Assembly: GCA_035285545.1 (NCBI GenBank)
Contig: JAYKGY010000016.1
Coordinates: 1 to 18,582 of the forward strand
DNA length: 18,582 bases
Source of the DNA: Snowella sp.
GTDB lineage: Bacteria; Cyanobacteriota; Cyanobacteriia; Cyanobacteriales; Microcystaceae
Direction: 5' to 3'
Below the pieces are notes generated by a model. It was not told the DNA's origin. It saw nothing but the letters and a program-made list of their open reading frames with translations, and did not search any database. A program made the position numbers and the translations under genes. This document shows positions 1 to 7,272 of this stretch, piece by piece (position 1 is the first letter of the stretch; each line of letters starts with the position of its first letter).

Positions 1-133
1 TTCCTAATCTCTATGCGATTTTGCGGCAGTTATTTATTCCCGTGATTCGTCAATTTATTCTTGAACGCTATACTCCTTCTCTTTTAACCTGATGACTGCA
101 TATTTTGTTCTTTCTAACAATGCGTAAGTCCTA
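1..133 (-). mobile_element. End of an IS/MITE-like element (TIR-like TAGGACTTACGCATTG at 133-118), probably extending out of the window to the left
   Basis: The 16-mer CAATGCGTAAGTCCTA (118-133) recurs at 665-680 (15/16 identical). I recall GGACTTACGCA as a common terminal motif of cyanobacterial IS/MITE elements; not verified by search. Confidence 0.55.
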
Positions 134-249
134 CTCTTTTTGAGTGGGGGTTGTAGTACGCCATCTAGAAAAATTTCCAGCCGACATTCGTCTGCGCCCC
201 AATCCTCAGTTTCATTACATTTGAGCTGTTTAAAAGTGACTTTTCGCAT
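55..249 (-). pseudogene. 5' fragment of a small gene (about 39 native codons, 134-249) that reads through into a mobile-element end
   Basis: RBS-like AAAAGGTAAGT directly before the ATG at 249, and a TACAAT -10-like hexamer at 337-332. The N-terminus MRKVTFKQLKCNETEDWGADECRLEIFLDG looks like a genuine protein start. After LKKS the frame enters TAGGACTTACGCA (RTYA), a TIR-like motif, and stops about 25 codons later. Confidence 0.55.
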
Positions 250-271
250 ACTTACCTTTTTGAATGTGTTG

Positions 272-309
272 AGTTTGGATTATCCTTAAAAGTCTGGATT
301 ATCCTCAAA
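272..309. repeat. Two-copy 19-bp tandem repeat with palindromic core GGAT-T-ATCC
   Basis: AGTTTGGATTATCCTTAAA (272-290) followed directly by AGTCTGGATTATCCTCAAA (291-309), 17/19 identical. Confidence 0.85.
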
Positions 310-418
310 AAAACGTTGCACTTAGTCAAATATTGTAGAAAACTTTCGTATACTTATCAGAAAGACTGGGAGAATCTAAACAATTTTTAATAATCGACGA
401 AAATTAAACAACAAGTAA

Positions 419-571
419 TTTAGAGCGCAGAGAACCTCTAGGAAAACTATTGGTCAACGTCTCTACTCCCTCTCTCGTGAAGCCCTACAGCAAGTGGTGG
501 AGTTTACTCAAGCTCTGCTAAATAAAAGGAAGTCTGTTAATCAAAGTATGGAGGTTTTAATGCCTATTTAA
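419..571 (+). pseudogene. Possible 3' remnant of a DDE transposase (IS701-like C-terminus)
   Basis: 50-codon open frame with no start codon at its 5' end: FRAQRTSRKTIGQRLYSLSREALQQVVEFTQALLNKRKSVNQSMEVLMPI*. It resembles my recollection of cyanobacterial transposase C-termini (KTIG...RE.L...V.F....L....S....MEVLMP) and lies between two TIR-like motifs. Confidence 0.4.
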
Positions 572-655
572 AGCTACTTTTCTTTTGCCTACCAAGTCGT
601 GTAGTACACATTAATTACTCTACTGATGGGGCTAACCAGCGGAATGTCGGAAACA

Positions 656-680
656 ATATTTTGTCAATGCGTAAGTTCTA
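656..680 (-). mobile_element. Second TIR-like copy overlapping the ftsH stop codon
   Basis: Minus strand reads TAGAACTTACGCATTGACAAAATAT; its TAG (680-678) is the ftsH stop. It shares ATATTTTGT and CAATGCGTAAGTYCTA with the copy at 100-133, differing by a 9-nt indel and one substitution. Confidence 0.55.
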
Positions 681-2657
681 TAGCAATTGCTGTTTAGATT
701 GACCGTTAGTTGCTGCGTTAAATTTTGCATTGTGAGACAATTGGCCGGTTAATAGCCAGTCTTGTAAATCGGTTGTTTTTTCAGCTTTTCGCAGTTGTTC
801 TTTAAGCCATTCCCCTTCTAAGCTTTCTTTATCCAATAAAACGCGGGCGATCGCGTCTAGGAGTTCCCGATTTTTGGCTAACGTTAGGAGGGCCAGTTGA
901 TGGGCCCCTTCCATCATGGCTTGAATTTCCTGATCAATGGCTTCGGCCATCTGGGGGCTAACCGGACGGCGGGGATTCACCATACTATCTAAAAATTGTT
1001 GCTGATGTTTTTCAAAGGCAATCGGCCCTAAGCGATCGCTCATTCCGTAGAGGGTGACAAATCGTTCTGCCAATTCCGTTGCTTTTTGGATATCGTCACT
1101 GGCTCCGGTGGACACCTTCTTGAACATTAGCTCCTCGGCGGCTCGGCCTCCCAATAGGGTAACAATGCGCCCCCGAATTTCATCTTCTAACATTAAAAAT
1201 CGGTCTTCTTCTGGTAATTGCAAGGTGTAGCCTAACGCCCCTAATCCTCTCGGCACAATGGAAATTTTTTCCACCACGCCGGCCCCTGGCATTAAAGCAC
1301 CAATCAAGGCATGGCCGACTTCATGGTAGGCAACCGTTTTTTTCTCAATGTCATTTAAAACCCGTGATTTTTTCTCCAATCCCGTCAGTAATCGTTCAAT
1401 GGCTTCATTTAAATCCTCCATCGAAACCAAAAGATGATTTTTTCGGGCGGCAAGGAGGGCAGCTTCATTAATTAAATTGGCTAAATCGGCTCCGGCAAAG
1501 CCTGGGGTACGGGCGGCGAGTTTTTCCAAATTGACGTTATCTGCCAGTTTGACATCTTTAGCATGAATCCGGAGGATGGCTTCCCGTCCACTTTTATCGG
1601 GTCGGTCTACCAAAACTTGACGATCAAAGCGACCTGGCCGCAATAGGGCTTGATCTAGCACTTCCGGTCGATTCGTCGCTGCTAACAAAATAATGCCCGT
1701 ATTCGCTTCAAAACCGTCCATTTCCGATAATAGTTGATTGAGGGTTTGTTCCCGTTCATCGTTGCTGCCCATCATGGAACTGACCCCCGTTCGCGATCGC
1801 CCCAAAGCATCCAGTTCATCAATAAAAACAATACAAGGAGCCTGTTGTTTCGCCTGTTCAAAGAGATCCCTCACCCTAGAAGCCCCGATTCCGACGAATA
1901 ATTCAATAAATTCCGACCCTGAAATGGAGAAAAAGGGAACTGCCGCTTCCCCCGCGATCGCTTTGGCCAATAACGTCTTTCCGGTGCCTGGGGGCCCAAT
2001 TAATAGGACTCCTTTGGGAATTTTTGCCCCTAAGTTCACGTATTTAATGGCATTTTTGAGAAAATCTACAATCTCTTGCAATTCGGCCTTGGCTTCATCG
2101 ACCCCTGCAACATCATCAAAACGAATTCCTGTACTGCCTTTCACGTATATACGAGCTTTGCTTTTTCCCACATTAAAGGGAGCCGCACTATTACTCTGGG
2201 AACGGTTGAGAAACCAAATCCAAACCGCAAGAAAAATTAGCGGGGGAATAATCCAACCTAATAAGGTGGAGAACCAACCGCCAGTATTTTCAGGAATGGC
2301 AGAAAATTTAACCTGTTTTTCCCGTAAAAGTTGCGTTAAGTGATTATCTTGAACAACGGGCAAGGTACGAAACGTTTTAACCGTTTCATTGAGATTTTCT
2401 TCGGTTACAAATTGGGGTTTAAGGCTGTATTGAATTAAGCTGGTTCCCACTTGGGCTTCCGCCACTTGTCCTGCATTCACCTGATCTAAAAATTGACTAT
2501 AGGGAACTAATTTTGAATCGGCCCCCCGAAAAACAAATAAGTTTAAAAATAAGAGCCACAGCAATAAAATCAGGGCATTGCGCCCCAAACTACTACGGAT
2601 TGAGGGCTGAGAAGAATTCGGGGGATTCGGGGAATTATCGTTAAGATGCTCATTCAT
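678..2657 (-). CDS. ftsH: ATP-dependent zinc metalloprotease FtsH, FtsH4-like
   Basis: Two N-terminal hydrophobic segments, Walker A GPPGTGKT, pore motif FVG, Walker [30 protein letters not shown], zinc site HEVGH. The segments [25 protein letters not shown] and GLEKKSRVL resemble the cyanobacterial FtsH4 (Sll1463) clade. Confidence 0.97.
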   Translation of the reverse strand: MNEHLNDNSPNPPNSSQPSIRSSLGRNALILLLWLLFLNLFVFRGADSKLVPYSQFLDQVNAGQVAEAQVGTSLIQYSLKPQFVTEENLNETVKTFRTLPVVQDNHLTQLLREKQVKFSAIPENTGGWFSTLLGWIIPPLIFLAVWIWFLNRSQSNSAAPFNVGKSKARIYVKGSTGIRFDDVAGVDEAKAELQEIVDFLKNAIKYVNLGAKIPKGVLLIGPPGTGKTLLAKAIAGEAAVPFFSISGSEFIELFVGIGASRVRDLFEQAKQQAPCIVFIDELDALGRSRTGVSSMMGSNDEREQTLNQLLSEMDGFEANTGIILLAATNRPEVLDQALLRPGRFDRQVLVDRPDKSGREAILRIHAKDVKLADNVNLEKLAARTPGFAGADLANLINEAALLAARKNHLLVSMEDLNEAIERLLTGLEKKSRVLNDIEKKTVAYHEVGHALIGALMPGAGVVEKISIVPRGLGALGYTLQLPEEDRFLMLEDEIRGRIVTLLGGRAAEELMFKKVSTGASDDIQKATELAERFVTLYGMSDRLGPIAFEKHQQQFLDSMVNPRRPVSPQMAEAIDQEIQAMMEGAHQLALLTLAKNRELLDAIARVLLDKESLEGEWLKEQLRKAEKTTDLQDWLLTGQLSHNAKFNAATNGQSKQQLL

Positions 2658-2689
2658 AGGAATTACGTGATCTACGCTGAGAATAGGGC

Positions 2690-3376
2690 CTAACGGGATG
2701 CCGAAAAAACTTGAAATTGCCGAGCGGCTTCTGCTAGAAAATGGCGCACTTCTTGATCACTTGTTTGATCAAAATCCTCATACCACCGACCGATAGAATC
2801 TAAAAACTCGGTTGGCAATAAGCACACGACTTGATCGACTTCTTGTTGAATTTCCTCACAGGCCGACGGAGAGGCGACGGGAACCGCAACAATAATGCGT
2901 TGGGGTTGATGTTGACGAAGAGAGGCGATCGCTGCTTGCATAGTCGCTCCAGTCGCAATCCCATCATCGACCAGGATAACAAGCTGTCCGGCAATTCTGG
3001 GGGGGGGTTGGCCGAATCGGTAGAGATTTTCTCGCCGTTGGAGTTCCAAACTTTCTTTGGCAACAACCTGTTCAATGCTCTCAGGGCTAATGTTTAACCA
3101 CTTCACCACATCCCAATTCATGACTTTGACCCCCGAAGCGGCGATCGCACCCATTGCCAATTCTGGGCGATCGGGCACCCCCAATTTTCTCACTAGCCAC
3201 ACATCTAAGGGAAAATGCAGATGACTCGCAATCTCAAACCCAATGGGAACGCCCCCACGCGGTAGAGCCAGAACCAGACCATTCGTTAAATCCTGATGAT
3301 CACTCAATTGAGCCGCCAACAGTTTGCCCGCTTCCGTCCGATTCTCAAATCGCCTGTCCCGCCTTTCCATCCTCAT
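2690..3376 (-). CDS. Type I phosphoribosyltransferase-family protein (228 aa)
   Basis: PRPP-binding loop VILVDDGIATGAT; family motifs FENRTEAG, LALPRGGVP, VRKLGVP..PELAMGAI, WYEDFDQTSD.EV. Start moved from TTG 3436 to ATG 3376 because AGGAGG lies 8 nt upstream. It ends 32 nt before the ftsH start, so an operon is likely. Confidence 0.92.
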   Translation of the reverse strand: MRMERRDRRFENRTEAGKLLAAQLSDHQDLTNGLVLALPRGGVPIGFEIASHLHFPLDVWLVRKLGVPDRPELAMGAIAASGVKVMNWDVVKWLNISPESIEQVVAKESLELQRRENLYRFGQPPPRIAGQLVILVDDGIATGATMQAAIASLRQHQPQRIIVAVPVASPSACEEIQQEVDQVVCLLPTEFLDSIGRWYEDFDQTSDQEVRHFLAEAARQFQVFSASR

Positions 3377-3709
3377 GTATTCTCCTCCTAAGCCACGTTT
3401 AGCCCCTGACATCAATGACTCACTTAAAACTGGCAAAATTGAGCAATAATTTTGATAAAGATGTCTATTCTACGTTTTATTAGTCATTGGAAACTGCTAC
3501 TGTTTTTAAATAGCCATCCCAATAATTGTCCTAATTAGTCATTAATCTCGATAATTAACGAGAAAGGAAAAAAGGAACAAAGGCTTAAACGCTAAAATGG
3601 GTATCCTCACTGCCCTATGGGGTTGAATTAATTGGGATTTTAGTACTTTTTCTTAAACAATTGCAGAATTCATTCTCTGCTGATTTCTAATCTCTAGGAT
3701 AACAATTTT

Positions 3710-3732
3710 TTTTGTAAAGAAATGTTACAAAA
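3710..3732. promoter_or_regulatory. Candidate HLR1 (RpaB) site that is also a perfect 8-7-8 inverted repeat
   Basis: TTTTGTAA-AGAAATG-TTACAAAA. On the minus strand GTAACATT-TC-TTTACAAA matches the HLR1 consensus (G/T)TTACA(T/A)(T/A)-N2-(G/T)TTACA(T/A)(T/A) with one mismatch. Confidence 0.55.
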
Positions 3733-3944
3733 TGAATCGGGGGCAGGATACATTTAAATGAGTCAAATTCATGCTAATCCAGAAACAAAATAAAAAGAGG
3801 AAATGAGAAGGATTATATTAACGGAAATTAATGTTGATTAATGGGCTTAGCTTAGAAAGTTTCTCGTTAGAAATTGCAAGTTTATGCGAAAGTTAATTAG
3901 CCGCCATTTATATCCGCTAAATTTCTAATTTATAGGATTTTGTA

Positions 3945-4733
3945 TTAAGGGCTGATTTGGGAGGTCGTATTGCTAGATTGACCCAGAGCAATAATATTAT
4001 TTTGAGCCGATTGCTCTAGCACGATGAGGGGAATGGGTTTAGCCATTTCATCCCAAACTAATGAAATATCTGTGTCGTGAATCGTCGATTCCCACAGCGA
4101 TTGCTGGGTACTACGGGTCAAAAATCCTTCAATATTATCCACTAGTTCGCTAATAATTTTAGTGGTTGATTGGGTAGGCAATTTAGCCAATTTGACTTGA
4201 ATCCGAAATAAAATTCCTTTTTTCCACTTTCCTTCCGGTGCTTCCACATCATAATATACTTCAAACAATTCATTAATACCCCGATAATTTTCTGGCTTTT
4301 CTCCTTCTTCAATTTGGGGTTGTACCGCTTTACTAATCATCGCTGAAATGTTGGTTTTAATCTGATTCATTACAACATAGTGAAAAACTTCTTCGTCCAT
4401 TCTCATGCGGGTATAATCGAGATTAAAATTGCGAGCGTCAATGAGATCTTTTTCCTGTTCCCGATTGCTGGCTAGCGCGATCGCCTGAGTTAATTGCTCA
4501 TTTAAAGATTGATTAGTCTTTAATTGTAAGGTTAAGAGTTTGTGCGATTGGCTCAACCTACACTTACAAAAAGCCCCCGTCATTAATAACGATAATCCCA
4601 AGATGACATTACTCCAGAGGCAAGGCGATTGTAGGCTCCAACAACTACTGCTGCTAGGGGCAAGCGCAGAGGACAGTTGAGGAATTTCTGCGGTGTTGGC
4701 TAAGATAGGAGAGGAGATTCGTTGGAAAACCAT
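3945..4733 (-). CDS. Cyanobacterial hypothetical protein, single TM helix plus coiled coil plus globular domain
   Basis: 262-aa ATG ORF containing a HIP1 site. Hydrophobic stretch WSNVILGLSLLMTGAFC is followed by an L/Q-rich helical segment. FNLDY.RMRM.EEVFH, LFRIQVKL.KLPTQ and WD..AKP.PL.VLEQ resemble a conserved cyanobacterial family of unknown function (recall). Confidence 0.85.
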   Translation of the reverse strand: MVFQRISSPILANTAEIPQLSSALAPSSSSCWSLQSPCLWSNVILGLSLLMTGAFCKCRLSQSHKLLTLQLKTNQSLNEQLTQAIALASNREQEKDLIDARNFNLDYTRMRMDEEVFHYVVMNQIKTNISAMISKAVQPQIEEGEKPENYRGINELFEVYYDVEAPEGKWKKGILFRIQVKLAKLPTQSTTKIISELVDNIEGFLTRSTQQSLWESTIHDTDISLVWDEMAKPIPLIVLEQSAQNNIIALGQSSNTTSQISP

Positions 4734-4869
4734 AGAACATTAAGCAAGCTCATCCTGAGTGATAGCTCTATCATGCCCACGAACGAAATAAATATTTACA
4801 TTTTGAACAAATTTTTTGGATGACCTTGGAAAGTTAGAGGACGCGATCGCGAAAAAAAGTCAGAAATTT

Positions 4870-5250
4870 ATGGGTAAACTCTTATTAAACAGTGTAATGA
4901 TATGGTTTCTTGTCGTTCATCCGACATTTGCGATGCCATTTAACCAAAATCCATGGCCTAATGCTGCTAAGGATTATTGGATTAGTCAAAATTCGGTTCC
5001 AGCAAAGGTTACCCAGGCTGTTCGGAAAGATCTGTCCCAACGGACTAAAATTGCGTCTAGTCAGCTTAAAGTTCAGAACGCTCAACCTATGACCTGGCCA
5101 GATGGATGCTTAGGTTTAGCGAAACCCGATGAATTTTGCACGCAAATGCTAGTCCCAGGCTGGCAAGTCACTCTTACTCATCAGCAACATACGTGGACGT
5201 ATCGCACTGATTCCCAAGGCCAAAATATTCGTTTAGCGGCTCCCCATTAA
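4870..5250 (+). CDS. Small exported hypothetical protein with WPDGCLGL...CTQ..VPGW domain (126 aa)
   Basis: ATG 4870 gives a signal-peptide-like N-terminus (MGKLLLNSVMIWFLVVHPTFA), preferred over TTG 4816. The two-Cys motif TWPDGCLGLAKPDEFCTQMLVPGW...YRTD..G is one I recall in cyanobacterial surface or periplasmic proteins. Confidence 0.85.
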   Translation: MGKLLLNSVMIWFLVVHPTFAMPFNQNPWPNAAKDYWISQNSVPAKVTQAVRKDLSQRTKIASSQLKVQNAQPMTWPDGCLGLAKPDEFCTQMLVPGWQVTLTHQQHTWTYRTDSQGQNIRLAAPH

Positions 5251-5254
5251 ACAC

Positions 5255-5416
5255 TCACCAATCAAAAATGTAAGCCGGTAAAAATACCATTTGGGACTTA
5301 CCACATTTACGGCAGCGAAAGCGATGGCAAAGAAAGAGTAAGAAAAATAGTCGAACTAATAAATTTTGGGTCTGGGATGGGCAAATATAATCACTACCAC
5401 AGTGATGACAACGCAT
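5255..5416 (-). CDS. 53-aa zinc-ribbon-like microprotein, absent from the ORF track
   Basis: Hand translation: MRCHHCGSDYICPSQTQNLLVRLFFLLFLCHRFRCRKCGKSQMVFLPAYIFDW*. Two CxxCG knuckles flank a hydrophobic segment. The TGA ends 4 nt from the convergent stop at 5250. No clear RBS. Confidence 0.75.
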   Translation of the reverse strand: MRCHHCGSDYICPSQTQNLLVRLFFLLFLCHRFRCRKCGKSQMVFLPAYIFDW

Positions 5417-5803
5417 AAATCAATGATTTCAATTGTAGATTTTGTAAAATAGTTACGCTTTAAATTGTTCTGATTGCTAAATTTATCTGCTAAATTGTTG
5501 AGATCGATTATTTTTCTTATTGCAATCTGAAAGAAAGGTAAGCCAATCCTTGCAATGCAAAAAAAATCTCCCTATGAACTAAGCGGTAGGCTTTTCAGGT
5601 TATTATGATTCCTTATTATAGGCAAATATGGTATTTGATAAATTACATAATGAAAAAAAATACCAGTTAAAAAAAGCTTTGTCAAATGAAATAAGATTGA
5701 TTGATTTTAAAAGCCTGTATATCTTGGTGTAGCTTATGGTATGAGGTGACTAAGGTTCGGTTTACGGATAAAAGGGAAAGCCAACTACTTTCAAACAAGT
5801 TAA

Positions 5804-5850
5804 TTTAAGGTGCGCTAATTTTAAGACGTTTAAAGATAACGCACCCTAAA
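5804..5850 (-). terminator. REP-like 14-bp stem-loop just downstream of tal (terminator or 3' stabiliser)
   Basis: Minus strand TTTAGGGTGCGTTA-N19-TAGCGCACCTTAAA. All 14 positions pair in the tal transcript, two as G-U. It starts 27 nt after the tal stop. Confidence 0.65.
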
Positions 5851-5877
5851 TACTATCAAATCTAAAGAATCACGCCC

Positions 5878-7053
5878 TTATCCGACTGTGGCTAAACGGA
5901 ATGCGGCTCCTAAACCGGCTGACATTTCTGCTGCCGTAATTTTGCCATCGTGATCGCTATCTAGGGCATCAAAAACCGCATCAATTCCTGCCCATTCTTC
6001 ACGGGTAATAAATCCATCGCCATCTAAATCATAGGCATGGAAAATTTCTTCGGCTGCATGACTAATCGCTTCAGAGCCTTCTAGACGGGTTAAGCGTTCT
6101 TGAAGTAGGTGCTCTAAGGCTTCGAGAGCTTTGGTAAAGCCAGCAATTCCTTCAGCTAATTTTTCCGATGCCATTGCATTTTCGGCGTGCATTTTTTCAA
6201 AAGTCGCTTGATCCATTTCAATTTTTTCAATGTTTTGATCCACATTATTAGGGTCTAATTTACGGACTAATTCCCCTTCGGTCGATCGCAGTTGATCTAA
6301 TAATTTTGGTGAAATGGTCAATAGGTCACAGCCAGCTAATTCAATAATTTCCCCAATATTGCGGAAACTTGCCCCCATGACTTCGGTTTGATAGCCGAAT
6401 TTTTTGTAATAATTATAGATTTTCGTAACGGATTCAACGCCTGGATCTTCGGCGGGGGAGTACTCTTTCCCCGTTTCTTTGACATACCAGTCTAAAATAC
6501 GACCGACAAAGGGCGAAATTAAGGTTATTCCCGCTTCGGCACAGGCGATCGCTTGATGGAGTCCAAATAAAAGGGTGAGGTTACAGTGAATGCCTTCTTT
6601 TTCTAGCACTTCGGCGGCTTTGATGCCTTCCCAGGTTGAGGCAATTTTAATTAAGATGCGATCGCGAGAAACCCCTGCTTTTTCATATTCAGAAATTAAA
6701 TAACGGGCTTTATTAATAGTGGCTTCCGTATCGTAGGACAATCTCGCATCAACTTCCGTTGAAACCCGACCAGGAATAATCTCTAAAATTTTCAGGCCAA
6801 AGGCAACCGCTAAACGATCAAAGGCCAAGGTTGCCACTTGGGATAAATCGGCATTGCTACCCAATTCTTTTTTCGCCCTTGTGAGGGTATCGTCAACAAT
6901 TTCCTGATATTGGGGCATTTGAGCCGCTAAGGTAATTAGCGAGGGATTTGTCGTCGCATCACGGGGCGTAAACGCTTCAATTGCTTGAATATCGCCGGTA
7001 TCTGCAACAACAATCGTCATTGCTCGGAGTTGGTCAAGTAAATTCTGTGTCAT
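5878..7053 (-). CDS. tal: Transaldolase with C-terminal EF-hand pair
   Basis: [27 protein letters not shown], catalytic-Lys motif [33 protein letters not shown]-terminal loops [12 protein letters not shown] and [12 protein letters not shown]. Confidence 0.98.
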   Translation of the reverse strand: MTQNLLDQLRAMTIVVADTGDIQAIEAFTPRDATTNPSLITLAAQMPQYQEIVDDTLTRAKKELGSNADLSQVATLAFDRLAVAFGLKILEIIPGRVSTEVDARLSYDTEATINKARYLISEYEKAGVSRDRILIKIASTWEGIKAAEVLEKEGIHCNLTLLFGLHQAIACAEAGITLISPFVGRILDWYVKETGKEYSPAEDPGVESVTKIYNYYKKFGYQTEVMGASFRNIGEIIELAGCDLLTISPKLLDQLRSTEGELVRKLDPNNVDQNIEKIEMDQATFEKMHAENAMASEKLAEGIAGFTKALEALEHLLQERLTRLEGSEAISHAAEEIFHAYDLDGDGFITREEWAGIDAVFDALDSDHDGKITAAEMSAGLGAAFRLATVG

Positions 7054-7272
7054 AACAAATTGAGGGATAATGTCAATAATTTTTTACTATAAACGGCTTT
7101 TTTGAAGTAGTTAAGAATATTTGCTTTTTTTTAACTTCTTTTCCCAAATTTAAACAAACTTAACTATCTCTTACTATTGATAGTTGTTAACTTTAGATTA
7201 TTTAGCTTCGAGATTATCTCATTCTTACTTCCGTATTGGGGTTAATCTATTATCATTTTATCATTTCTACTT

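Noticed and set aside
272..309. CRISPR array
   Set aside because: Only two 19-bp copies with no spacer, and no cas genes in the window.
1738..2343. 201-aa plus-strand ORF, and the other short overlapping ORFs in the track (2800-3402, 4885-5092, 9365-10701, 11133-11366, 14959-17421)
   Set aside because: All lie antisense to or out of frame within well-supported genes and show no recognisable motifs; they are shadow ORFs.
3714..3728. Possible NtcA site, also considered at 5444-5456
   Set aside because: Spacing is GTA-N9-TAC here and GTA-N7-TAC at 5444, not the required N8.
5751..5782. TAAGGTTC...AAAAGGGAAAG resembling the 5' part of a cobalamin riboswitch
   Set aside because: The following GGTG-AA-TCC hairpin and CCCGC-ACTGT elements are absent, and no plus-strand gene lies downstream.
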